Both the position numbers and the translations under genes were made by a program. Of a stretch of 60,809 nucleotides of DNA, positions 41,106-50,653 are shown piece after piece (positions within the stretch are counted from its first letter, which is position 1; every line of letters starts with the position of its first letter). Location: contig MCBE01000217.1 in NCBI GenBank assembly GCA_001723845.1, forward strand, positions 1-60,809. The letters run 5' to 3'. The notes beneath the pieces are model-generated. The model searched no databases. It was given only the letters and a program-made list of their open reading frames with translations, and was not told the origin of the DNA. Source of the DNA: Candidatus Altiarchaeales archaeon WOR_SM1_SCG (GTDB lineage Archaea; Altiarchaeota; Altiarchaeia; IMC4; WOR-SM1-SCG).

Positions 41106-42038
41106 ATGTACAATGAAGATGAAAAACCTATAACAAAGGATTTTAAGATAGGTGAGGAAACTTACGGTCTTGTTTTGACTTTGAGCAACGATTATTCTTA
41201 CATTGAAAGAGATTTTGATAAGTTAAAAAATAAAATTGAAAAATATGGGGGTGCAAAGATTATATGGGTGAACTCTCTTTTTGGCATACAAGACTCGGTA
41301 ATTCTTCTACGCGCAACAGGAGATATGGACAAAGCAGTACATGTTTTTGATGAATGGGTCGTTACCAATTATAAAAACGCTAAAACCCCTGCAATTCCTT
41401 TACCATTTAAACATCTTAGTTATACTGCGGAAAAAGATATGTTAGAAGATGTGTTTAATGCGATAGAATCGCCTAAAAGCGTTGCAAAGTTTGGTCAAAA
41501 AGATCCTAAATTAGGATATGTAAATATTATGGGGGAGTGGGGAAGAATGACAAAGAGATATTTATTTAGCTTGAATGAGCTATCTGGAGAAAACAAAAAT
41601 CAGTTTCTAAAATTCATTGAGAAAGAGTTAGACATACCTGTAGCGAAAAATCCAAAAATCATTAAATCTGATAACAAGGAAATAATTATAAGGGATGATA
41701 AAAACTGGATTAACCTTAAACTTGATATCAACACAGATGAGAAAAAGATAAATATAACAGTCTCTGGCGGAAAAACTTATGAATACGTTTTAGAAAAAGA
41801 AAGTGGCAAGCTAAACATATATACAAAAGGTGAAATAAGGAAAAAATTTGAAGTTTTTGAGTACTGGGTAGATCCACTAATTCCTATTTTTGTTAATGAA
41901 CCGATATTAAAAGAAAATAATTCTCCTTTTGTAATAATCTATTTGAGATTTGATAAAAGAAAGGGATACTCTTTAAAAGATACGTATTCTGCGTTTAACA
42001 CTCATGAAAATCTAAAATCTATGGACTTTTGGAAATGA
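41106..42038 (+). CDS. Hypothetical protein carrying an inserted YLFSW-type module
   Basis: Open frame; LFGIQDSVILL resembles an Lrp/AsnC-like fold segment. Confidence 0.65.
   Translation: MYNEDEKPITKDFKIGEETYGLVLTLSNDYSYIERDFDKLKNKIEKYGGAKIIWVNSLFGIQDSVILLRATGDMDKAVHVFDEWVVTNYKNAKTPAIPLPFKHLSYTAEKDMLEDVFNAIESPKSVAKFGQKDPKLGYVNIMGEWGRMTKRYLFSLNELSGENKNQFLKFIEKELDIPVAKNPKIIKSDNKEIIIRDDKNWINLKLDINTDEKKINITVSGGKTYEYVLEKESGKLNIYTKGEIRKKFEVFEYWVDPLIPIFVNEPILKENNSPFVIIYLRFDKRKGYSLKDTYSAFNTHENLKSMDFWK
41559..41822 (+). mobile_element. In-frame insertion module, copy 2 (88 codons)
   Basis: YLFSLNELSGEN...VSGGKTYEYVLEKESGKLNIY; ends 14/16 complementary. Confidence 0.65.
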
Positions 42039-42045
42039 GAACATT

Positions 42046-42420
42046 TTGTTAAATTCCTCATCTTTGATAACTTTTCCACAGAATAGCAAAGGACAGATAG
42101 ATGATGAAGAATGTTTCTGCTTTTCCACGATGTTAAAAATCAGTACTATATCCGAAAGAGAGGGTATATGGAAAAATATAGAGAACTTTGGAAAAAGTAT
42201 TGGGCTTGAGAATGTTCATATAGAAAAAGATAAAAATCTTCATGAAAATCCTTTGATTAGGCTTGGGCAAGGGATTATTGATATTCACATTTATTATAAG
42301 GCAAAAATATCTAAAATGAAAGAATTTGTGGATGTCATAAATACCTTTCCATTTGTTGAAGATACATCAACTGTAATCCTTTACGATATCGAATGCCTAT
42401 CTCAGAAATTTAATTCATAA
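42046..42420 (+). CDS. Hypothetical protein, possibly frameshifted continuation of 41106-42038
   Basis: TTG start 7 bp after the previous stop; FVEDTSTVI resembles an Lrp/AsnC-like C-terminus. Confidence 0.5.
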   Translation: MLNSSSLITFPQNSKGQIDDEECFCFSTMLKISTISEREGIWKNIENFGKSIGLENVHIEKDKNLHENPLIRLGQGIIDIHIYYKAKISKMKEFVDVINTFPFVEDTSTVILYDIECLSQKFNS

Positions 42421-42435
42421 TCTATTATTTTTAAA

Positions 42436-44199
42436 ATGGAAAAAGTTGGAGTAACGCCATTTAACAACGCTATAGATACCTTAAAGCGATTGAAGATAGC
42501 AGCGAAACATATGGAAACGAAGTGGAAAATTTATGAGAGTAATGGTTATCTTCCACATACAGAGGTGTTTGATAAAATATTGAGGACCTTTCTTTTCGAA
42601 TTGGAAAACAGGGAAAGTAAAGGAGTAGAGGAACAATTAAGAGCTTCAGAAATAGAAAGCAACAAAACGATTAAGAAATCCATAGAGAGTATATTTGGGG
42701 AACCATTAATCCCGCTCCTCAAAGATACAATGACGATGGAAGAAGGAAAAAGGTATGACTTTCTTGAATTTTTTGATGAGGATAATCGGTATGTAGAGTA
42801 TTTTCAAATGTTGGTGAAAGATTACGAAGATATATCAGAAGAAGCTGTTCAATATTTTCAACAAATAAGTAAAGAGGAAGATGATGCTAATTATATTGGG
42901 GGGTTGACCAGTATTCATGCCCACATATATACTGGTGTAAAGATATGTTACGATATGATAAATGCTACAGAACATATATTTAGGAACAGATTAGTGGGTG
43001 TGTTTTCTTCTGATGTTATATATGGTAGGGAAAATTCAGTAAGGAAGTTTGGAGGTTTACAATTGATGTACAATGCATCAGAGTCTCTATTAAAGGATTA
43101 TACTAAAAGTATAAACTGGCAAAAAACTAAAGTAAAGAGTACAGATTTTGAGGAGATATTGGGGAACGATTATACGGGTCTTGTCGGATTTGGGTTTAGG
43201 AACAGGGCATTAACATACTCTATACCTCAATTAATCATTCTTCCTCATTATGCATTAAGGAAGGTTAACTATTTTCCTATACTAGCTCATGAAGCGTTTC
43301 ATATTTTGGACGCGTTCAATTTTAAAAGATTAACAAAGAGGAAAGAAGAGAGAAATATAGTAATAAAAGGAGAAATACAAAACCTTTTAGAGAATTCTAT
43401 ATTGGTTAAGGTATATGGGTCTGAAGAGAATCCAGATAGGAATACTCCAAAAAATGTAAGAGCACATGAATTAGCGAAAGAGATAATGGCAGATATATTT
43501 GCTGTGTGTGTTGCTGGAGACGCTTATGCCATAACAATGAGTAAGTATTATCTGCCCTTATTAGTTGATATGGAATGTGGAGATAGATTGGATAAAACAT
43601 ATGCAGAGTTTAGGATAGGTTCACTTAGGTTGAGAATAATATTGTCTGCAACAGAACATATATGGGGTAAAGTTTTATCTGAACCTGAAAAAGAAGCCAT
43701 AAAAAGAATCAGAGAAGATATAAATAGGTGGGAAAATTTAAGTCTAAATATTCCAAGATTAGTTTTCGAAGAGAAAAAACTTAAAAAATATAAATTATTG
43801 AAGAATAATAAAAAAGAAAAATGGGATATACAAGACAAGATAGAGAAATTAGAAAAAGATATAAAGAATATGACTATTTCAATTAAAAAACAAGAAAGAT
43901 TACAAATATACGATTACTTTTTTCACAGAGTTATAAATACCCCTTATTTGTACATTTCCGATGGCAAAATATTAAAGGAACAAAAAGATAGCATTAAAGA
44001 AGCCAAGGATGTGTTAACGTCTTCTCCAGACCCACTTGAAGTTTCAAAATTGTTTGATAAAAATGAATATCCTTACCTCATGCCAAGACACATTATTTCA
44101 TTATTTGTCAAAGACGATAAAAAAATAAATGTAAACTCTGTTTTAATGTATTTAGCACATCATAAAAATATTTTAGATAGATTTGAAAATGGGAAATGA
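42436..44199 (+). CDS. HEXXH-motif protein (putative zincin metallopeptidase)
   Basis: ILAHEAFH ... AKEIMADIFA. Confidence 0.7.
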   Translation: MEKVGVTPFNNAIDTLKRLKIAAKHMETKWKIYESNGYLPHTEVFDKILRTFLFELENRESKGVEEQLRASEIESNKTIKKSIESIFGEPLIPLLKDTMTMEEGKRYDFLEFFDEDNRYVEYFQMLVKDYEDISEEAVQYFQQISKEEDDANYIGGLTSIHAHIYTGVKICYDMINATEHIFRNRLVGVFSSDVIYGRENSVRKFGGLQLMYNASESLLKDYTKSINWQKTKVKSTDFEEILGNDYTGLVGFGFRNRALTYSIPQLIILPHYALRKVNYFPILAHEAFHILDAFNFKRLTKRKEERNIVIKGEIQNLLENSILVKVYGSEENPDRNTPKNVRAHELAKEIMADIFAVCVAGDAYAITMSKYYLPLLVDMECGDRLDKTYAEFRIGSLRLRIILSATEHIWGKVLSEPEKEAIKRIREDINRWENLSLNIPRLVFEEKKLKKYKLLKNNKKEKWDIQDKIEKLEKDIKNMTISIKKQERLQIYDYFFHRVINTPYLYISDGKILKEQKDSIKEAKDVLTSSPDPLEVSKLFDKNEYPYLMPRHIISLFVKDDKKINVNSVLMYLAHHKNILDRFENGK

Positions 44200-45088
44200 A
44201 AATAAAAAACAGAAAGGAAAACTTGAGAAATTTGAAGAAGGAAAACTGAAGAAGAAACTCGAAAAAAAGGAAAAAGCAAAACATAAGAAAAGAGAAAAAG
44301 CAAAGGAGGAACCGAAAAAAGAATCCTTGAGAGAAACTAAAAAAGAGGTTTCTAATAATCCAAATAAGAAAGTTGGAGAGAAACCAAAAGATGTTGAAGA
44401 GAAGTCTGAGGAAAAGAAAAATGAAACTGAAAGATATTATGTGCAAGTAGGAGAAAAAAGAATTTGGAAATGTTCAAAATGTGGGAATGAAATATTTACT
44501 GGAACAGATATTCCGGGAATATGCTCAAGATGCGGATATATGGAGGAAGCTGAATTTTCGCCAAAAAGATTAAATATAGAGATCCTTGAAGGGATAATAT
44601 TTAGATTACCTTATCTTTTTGCAATATGTTTTTACTATTTGTTGATACTTGCAATCGTGTTTTTTATTTCCCACGATATTTTTGACCATTGGAATTCTGA
44701 CCCTTGCAAAAATGTAATAATTCTTGTCACGTATGCAGTTATATTTATAGGTTTGATAGATTTGACCCATGCCGTGACTGATTATCACACAAAACCTTTA
44801 CTTATCACTATGTATTTCTCTTGGCGGCCAACATCAAAAAAAGAAATGAAAGAATTCGGCGAAAAAACAAAACAAAATCTTAAAGATTATCCTTTACATT
44901 CATTAAAAATAGCATCTCTTATGATTATCATGGAGATTTTTATAATAATATTTGGAACATTTAAATCTAAAGAAAATCCACAAATTACTTTGGAATTTGG
45001 TCTGTTTATTTTATTTTCGCTTTTAGGTGTTGCTGCGATATTGTTTGTATTAAATAGATATAGATTTCCTGAAAAAATAAAAAATTAA
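44183..45088 (+). CDS. Charged N-terminus + rubredoxin-like Zn ribbon + 4TM protein
   Basis: WKCSKCG...ICSRCG; four hydrophobic segments. Confidence 0.7.
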   Translation: MKMGNENKKQKGKLEKFEEGKLKKKLEKKEKAKHKKREKAKEEPKKESLRETKKEVSNNPNKKVGEKPKDVEEKSEEKKNETERYYVQVGEKRIWKCSKCGNEIFTGTDIPGICSRCGYMEEAEFSPKRLNIEILEGIIFRLPYLFAICFYYLLILAIVFFISHDIFDHWNSDPCKNVIILVTYAVIFIGLIDLTHAVTDYHTKPLLITMYFSWRPTSKKEMKEFGEKTKQNLKDYPLHSLKIASLMIIMEIFIIIFGTFKSKENPQITLEFGLFILFSLLGVAAILFVLNRYRFPEKIKN

Positions 45089-45128
45089 TGAGTATCAAAA
45101 CAATTTAAATAACTTAAAACGCAATGCT

Positions 45129-45219
45129 ATATAACAAGCAGGTATCTATCTTCGTGCTTTCAGCGCTACGCTCAAATCCTCACTTCGCCTGGACTTCAGA
45201 TACCTACCCTCCGTTATCT
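45129..45219 (+). other. attC-like integron cassette site
   Basis: ATATAAC-aagc-AGGTATCT...AGATACCT-accctcc-GTTATCT, 40 bp after a stop codon. Confidence 0.6.
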
Positions 45220-45405
45220 AAACCCCCAATTTAAACAAGAACATTATAAACCAATCCCCAATTAATCAAAACCAACAAATAACATAAAACCAGAATACAC
45301 AAACAATTTTTTGATTAATTCTTATAATTTTAATTTTATTATATCCACCCGAATTTAATTTTATAATTTATTTTCGTCTGATTTGTTATGACATCAACTA
45401 TAATT

Positions 45406-46083
45406 TTAGTCCTCTCCCGTCTCCTTCCACCACGCATCAGGGCGGTCTGTCTTCCCATACACCAATTGTTCTGCAAGTTTAAACTGCCTCTCGTAAAGAT
45501 GAATGTTTTTTGAAAAGCAAATCGTCTTTCCCGGTTCAACGCCGATTTCTCCTGCCATATATTCCTTCAGCAGCTGGAGTCCTGCAATGTTTGCGGGAAA
45601 CCCGCCGTATGCGTCCCATGACCTGAAATAGACAAGAAAATGTAATTTATTATTTAAAATTTCCGTGTCAAGAACAGTTAAGCAGGGAGGATCAAGCGTG
45701 TTTAAATCCTCCGGTCTTCTTATGACCATTGTGTTCTGCCGGTCTTCAGGGCATTCTTTGTATTTTTCTATTACTGTTTCAATCTGGTCTATGGGCTTTC
45801 TCAGCCGTTCGCCGTAAGTGTATTCCTCGCCCTCGTGTTTGTCCCCGATAAAAAGATATTCAAGGGCATACTGCTCAACATACTTCATTGTAAAAGGAGC
45901 GTCTTTATGTCCCAGGGGGCGTGTTTCGGGATTTGTGATTTCCAGCCCGAGAGAAATTTTCTTTGTTGTCGTGATTTCAGAACCTCTCCCGACCTTAAAT
46001 TCGTCGCCTTCTTCAAGGATTTTTTCTACAATCTGGAGCCAGGCATCGGGAATGTCAAATGCAGTGAGTGAGATGTATTTCAT
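45406..46083 (-). CDS. thyA: Thymidylate synthase (archaeal ThyA type)
   Basis: YTYGERL, DPPCL, YFRSWD..GFPAN, HLYER. Confidence 0.9.
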   Translation of the reverse strand: MKYISLTAFDIPDAWLQIVEKILEEGDEFKVGRGSEITTTKKISLGLEITNPETRPLGHKDAPFTMKYVEQYALEYLFIGDKHEGEEYTYGERLRKPIDQIETVIEKYKECPEDRQNTMVIRRPEDLNTLDPPCLTVLDTEILNNKLHFLVYFRSWDAYGGFPANIAGLQLLKEYMAGEIGVEPGKTICFSKNIHLYERQFKLAEQLVYGKTDRPDAWWKETGED

Positions 46084-46181
46084 TGTGAATTTTAATATAA
46101 TTTAATATACTTAAAAGTGCGTATGATAATTTAATTAGAATTCAATAGAAATATTAATTGATTATTTAGTGTTTGGGATGT

Positions 46182-46268
46182 TGATAACAGAGGGTAGATA
46201 TGTGAAGTTTGTCCGTTAGGACAAATTTTGATGGAGCGATAGCGGAATCGCATATCTGTCTGTTATGT
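46182..46268 (-). other. attC-like integron cassette site
   Basis: Minus strand ACATAAC-agac-AGATATG...CATATCT-accctct-GTTATCA, 24 bp after a stop codon. Confidence 0.6.
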
Positions 46269-46292
46269 GAACATTGACGAAGAGACATTAAA

Positions 46293-46685
46293 TTATCTTT
46301 CAAATAGTTTGGTGTATTCTTCTTTTGATAATTTATCCAAAAATGTTTTACCAATAATCACTCTGTTTGTCAGTGGGTGTGGAGATTCTGGTCTTGTGCA
46401 TTCCTCTTCTGACAACATTGGACGCTTATAACTCCCCCTGATCTCAACAATTAGTCCATCCACTGCATATTCTTTCTTTCTATATCTACACCTTAATCCG
46501 GTTAAAGGAACATTTAACGGCTCACCCATCTGCCAAAGATGTAGAATACCATTTGCATCTAAACCAAGAGCATCTGCTATGGATTTTTCTATGACGCAAT
46601 AACTTGATCCCGTATCTACCAACGCTTCAAACAACTCGTATTCTTTCTTTACTTCATTCCACAAATTAACATCTATCAGGATCAT
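46293..46685 (-). CDS. Retropepsin-like aspartic protease
   Basis: ALVDTGS...IIGKTFL. Confidence 0.8.
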   Translation of the reverse strand: MILIDVNLWNEVKKEYELFEALVDTGSSYCVIEKSIADALGLDANGILHLWQMGEPLNVPLTGLRCRYRKKEYAVDGLIVEIRGSYKRPMLSEEECTRPESPHPLTNRVIIGKTFLDKLSKEEYTKLFER

Positions 46686-46891
46686 AGTAGGTATTCCTCC
46701 TCACTTTCCGGAAAATATGTATAACACCATTTTTCTTTGCATATCTCTCTTGCCACTTCATTTATTTTTAATGGATCTACCGGTCCGCCATAAGCTTTTA
46801 TCACTTTGTTATCACAGACGATGATGGTCTTTCCAATAAACTTACTTCTCAATTCCTTTATGTGTTTATTTATCCAGTTTCGTGGTTCCAT
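46682..46891 (-). CDS. DUF5678-like small protein paired with the protease
   Basis: ELRSKFIGKTIIVCDNKVIKAYG; 4-bp overlap. Confidence 0.65.
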   Translation of the reverse strand: MEPRNWINKHIKELRSKFIGKTIIVCDNKVIKAYGGPVDPLKINEVAREICKEKWCYTYFPESEEEYLL

Positions 46892-47033
46892 TTCTTATTA
46901 TTTATTTTTAATCTTATAAAATTAGATTTTGAAAATACACGGCAAAAATTCTGGATATGCCTCCTATAAATCCCAAATATTAATTAATCATCAGATTAAT
47001 ATTGATTGAATATTAAAATTTTATTTCTATTTC

Positions 47034-47462
47034 TTATTTCCTTTCAACAAACATTGACGACCTTGTAGCACCAACGCCCGGAGCACTGTGTTTTACAATG
47101 CCTCTTGTCATTGCAAATTCTCCGAGGTAGTGTCCTATCATCTCAGGGGTTATTTCAACAGGCGTAAATGCCTTTTTTCCTTTTTCAGCCCCGCCGTTAT
47201 AAATCTCAAAGTTAAGACCGACCATCTCGGGAAGTATCGGCATGTTTCTCCTGTGTGTTTTTATCGGCTTTGCCCTGCCGCCCTTATCAAGAGTTTTCCT
47301 TGCCGTTCTTATCCTGGTCATTAAATTTGCCTGTGAATCACTAAAGCCGCGCATCAAACTTCTTCTTATTCTGGAAGGCATTATTTTTACAAGTTCATCC
47401 ATGGACATTGCCTGTAATTCTTCAATCGGCATTCCTCTGTATTCAAATTTTTTTCTTGCCAT
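47034..47462 (-). CDS. rps19: 30S ribosomal protein uS19
   Basis: KTHRRNMPILPEMVG, MIGHYLGEF, PGVGATRSS. Confidence 0.97.
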   Translation of the reverse strand: MARKKFEYRGMPIEELQAMSMDELVKIMPSRIRRSLMRGFSDSQANLMTRIRTARKTLDKGGRAKPIKTHRRNMPILPEMVGLNFEIYNGGAEKGKKAFTPVEITPEMIGHYLGEFAMTRGIVKHSAPGVGATRSSMFVERK

Positions 47463-47544
47463 TTTATATATAATATTTACTTTGATTTTTATTAAATCAA
47501 AAATATAAAATATTATTCTGAATTTTTATTTTTATTTATTTTTT

Positions 47545-48579
47545 TTATTTATTATTGCCGCCGTCATACCTGATATTCAGATACATCAAACACAGGTATC
47601 CCATGCCAAGCGCAAAGAAATAAAATATAAACCTGTCCGCAAGAGATACCATTGTTGCGATATTTACATCAATTCCCGATACCGTATAAAGGGCAATCAT
47701 TGATATCTCCGTTGACCCGATGCCTCCCGGAACAATCATAAGCGAACTTAAAAGCACAGATAAAGTCACGACAATTACAACAATAACAAATCCCGGGTTA
47801 AAGCCGATGCTTAAGAACAGCAGGTAAGTTTTAAAATAAATCAAAAAGCACATAAAAAACGCGAGTACGAGGTCTTTGTGCAGCAGTTCCCTGTCCCTTG
47901 CTAACTTTTCAAGCGAGTCCGCAAAATTCCCGAGTTTCTGGATTACATAGTCCTCAAAAACACTGTATTTGTGAAATTTTTTCCTGATAATTTCAAACAG
48001 GTGAAAATGATATATTCCCGGCAGGAATCTCATAATATAATATTTATTCATTTTTTTTTCTATCTCCTTTCTTATAAAAAATCCTGAAAGAACAACGGCT
48101 GCAAGTATTAAAACAACCGCTTCAAAGATGAGTTTCATGTGCTCAGGTATGTTAAGGAACAGGAATACAAAAAGTATTGAAAATATTGTAAAAGAAGTTA
48201 TTGCTATCGTATTTGTCACATTATCAACCGTAACGGAAGCATAACACTCGGATTTATACCTTGATGTCATTTTTGACAGGAAATACGCCTTAACAGGTCC
48301 CCCCCCGGTTCTTACGCCGGGTGTTGTGTTGGTTACAAATTCCCCTGCAAGAAGAACGGGAAACAGGGGCAAATAAGAAACCTTTTTTATTTTTCCGACC
48401 AGTGATTTAAATTTGAAATTCCAGACAAGAAGCTGCGCGAGGTTAAGTAAGAACGCCGCAAACAACAATTTTGGGTCTGCCTGCTTTAAAACGACAATTA
48501 CCTCTTCTATGCCTATGTAATAAACCACACCTGCAAGCAGTATTACGCCTATAATTAAAAATATAATGTTTTTATTCAT
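47545..48579 (-). CDS. Lysylphosphatidylglycerol-synthase TM/flippase-like (UPF0104) protein
   Basis: TPG..GGGPVKAY, PGGIGSTE, multiple TM. Confidence 0.85.
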   Translation of the reverse strand: MNKNIIFLIIGVILLAGVVYYIGIEEVIVVLKQADPKLLFAAFLLNLAQLLVWNFKFKSLVGKIKKVSYLPLFPVLLAGEFVTNTTPGVRTGGGPVKAYFLSKMTSRYKSECYASVTVDNVTNTIAITSFTIFSILFVFLFLNIPEHMKLIFEAVVLILAAVVLSGFFIRKEIEKKMNKYYIMRFLPGIYHFHLFEIIRKKFHKYSVFEDYVIQKLGNFADSLEKLARDRELLHKDLVLAFFMCFLIYFKTYLLFLSIGFNPGFVIVVIVVTLSVLLSSLMIVPGGIGSTEISMIALYTVSGIDVNIATMVSLADRFIFYFFALGMGYLCLMYLNIRYDGGNNK

Positions 48580-48591
48580 TTTTATGCCTCA

Positions 48592-49218
48592 TCACCCCCC
48601 CGTAAATTTAAATAATATCACTAAAATTTCCCCCGCCCCGCCTGCAAAAATAGGAATTATCAAATTATCGTCAATTTTATTTATCGCCGTCTCAACCGCG
48701 GTTGCGGTAAGTGCCATAATTATTATAATTATTCCGGGGTGCAGTAATCCTTGCGTGAAATGTATAAGCACAAGATAGCCGATGAGAAGATTAACAAAAA
48801 ATTCTGCTGTTGAGCCCTCAATCGTCTTCTTTTCAAGTTTCGGTATTTTATGCTTTCCAAACATTTTTCCAAACAACGCTCCTGCCATATCACCGAATGT
48901 TGTCATAAGTATTGCTGCAATTGCAATTTCTTTTGTAAATACCGCTATTGCGATAAACGCTCCTGTCATAAAAAATATTTCCCCGCCTAAAACATGTTTC
49001 TCGTGCGCCCTTAAGAATCTGTCAAGCACAGGTAATTTAAACCCCCATTCTATCCTGAAATATTCAACAATCAAAAACACGGAAAGGACAAAAGCCATGA
49101 AAGAAAGCACAATTTCTTTTCCGTAATAAACATACACTAAGATAATTACAATGGATGTCAGGTGTATTGCTTTTCTTCCGAGCTCGTGTTTCAGGTCAAG
49201 TTTGTCAGGGTCATGCAT
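48592..49218 (-). CDS. Dolichol/phytol kinase family protein
   Basis: RKAIH, FGDMAGALFGK, KTIEGS, DDNLIIP. Confidence 0.9.
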   Translation of the reverse strand: MHDPDKLDLKHELGRKAIHLTSIVIILVYVYYGKEIVLSFMAFVLSVFLIVEYFRIEWGFKLPVLDRFLRAHEKHVLGGEIFFMTGAFIAIAVFTKEIAIAAILMTTFGDMAGALFGKMFGKHKIPKLEKKTIEGSTAEFFVNLLIGYLVLIHFTQGLLHPGIIIIIMALTATAVETAINKIDDNLIIPIFAGGAGEILVILFKFTGG

Positions 49219-49304
49219 TTTAAATTTTAAGATAATGAATTAAAAATAATGAATTAATTAAAAATTAAATTTCGGGTTTATTTACATGCCGGGAAAATTT
49301 TAAA

Positions 49305-50525
49305 CTAATTCCGATTCAAAGAACTTTCATAGATTTCAATAATTTTATCAACGCTTTTTTCAATATCGTGCCGCTTCACCATCTCCAAACCGTTTTTCGC
49401 CATCTTTTCGCGAACAGCGGGATTTGCAAGAAGTTCAATTGCCCGTTCGGAAAGGTGTTTGACATTATGCGGCTCAAACAAAAATCCTGTCTCGTTTTCT
49501 ATTACGATTTCGGGAAGGGCTTTTGCGCCTGCGGCAACAACAGGTGTTTCGCAGGCAAACGATTCTAAAACCACCAGCCCCTGCGTATCAATTGTTGAGG
49601 GCGTGACAAAAATGTCTGCTGCCGTGTAAGACGAGATAAGTTCGTGCTGCTCAACCCTTCCCGTAAAAATAATAATAGTATTTAAATTTAAATCAGATGC
49701 CAGTTCCTTTAATTTTTCAAGGGAAGGTCCTCCCCCGACGACTAAAAATTTTGCTTCCGGGATTTTATTTAAAATAAGAGGGGCTGAGCGAACAAATTCA
49801 TCAACATTCCTCTCCGCGGAAATCCTGCCCACATGAAGAATCAAGGGGTTGTTATTTATTTTGTAATTTTTCCTGAGAATTTCCGCCCCCTTCCTATCCG
49901 GCTTGAATAAGTCCAGATCTATTCCGTTACTTAAAACATGAATCGGCTTCTCAACGCCGTATTTTTTTAAAAGTCCTCTTGTGTGCTCGCTTGGTGTAAT
50001 GACCAGGTCCATCCGGTTGTAAAATTTCGTGCCGAATTTTTCGGCGACTTTGCCTGTAAGCCGCTCAGGAACCGGTTTTAAGACATGACCGAAATCGGAA
50101 ATTACCGTGTGAAATGTCCCTACAAGAGCTATTCTTTTGAATTCCGGTGACCTCTTTCGTATCCTGTTCAATTTAGAAGAAATCCTCTTTTTTGCATTCA
50201 AACTTTTTGCGATAAATAATCCCGACAGACCCATTGAAAAGGGAGTGTGGCAGTGTATTATATCAAAGTTGCCCTGTGAAATGTAACTTTGAATTTTCGG
50301 GATCCACGGGAATGCTATATCATAATCGGGGTACGGTCTGAATCTAATGGATTTAAACCTGTGGGTCGGAATTTCATTATCAAGTTCATAAGGTTCTTTT
50401 GATTTCGGTGCGAATATCTCAACTTCATGACCCCTCTCAATAAGCTTTTTCGCGTGATTTCCGACAACGAAACTGACACCGTTTATTTGAGGGAAATATG
50501 TGTCCGTAAATAGTGCTATTTTCAT
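49305..50525 (-). CDS. GT4 glycosyltransferase
   Basis: FTDTYFPQINGV, DTQGLVVLESFAC. Confidence 0.92.
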   Translation of the reverse strand: MKIALFTDTYFPQINGVSFVVGNHAKKLIERGHEVEIFAPKSKEPYELDNEIPTHRFKSIRFRPYPDYDIAFPWIPKIQSYISQGNFDIIHCHTPFSMGLSGLFIAKSLNAKKRISSKLNRIRKRSPEFKRIALVGTFHTVISDFGHVLKPVPERLTGKVAEKFGTKFYNRMDLVITPSEHTRGLLKKYGVEKPIHVLSNGIDLDLFKPDRKGAEILRKNYKINNNPLILHVGRISAERNVDEFVRSAPLILNKIPEAKFLVVGGGPSLEKLKELASDLNLNTIIIFTGRVEQHELISSYTAADIFVTPSTIDTQGLVVLESFACETPVVAAGAKALPEIVIENETGFLFEPHNVKHLSERAIELLANPAVREKMAKNGLEMVKRHDIEKSVDKIIEIYESSLNRN

Positions 50526-50653
50526 GGTAAATTCAGGGTAAATAATAATTTAATTTTTTATTTTTTTAAAATTTATGTTTTAATAATAATTGTTTGTTTT
50601 AATTAAATTTACTTTAAAAGAATTTATTTTGTTGAACTTTCTTTTTAATCACT

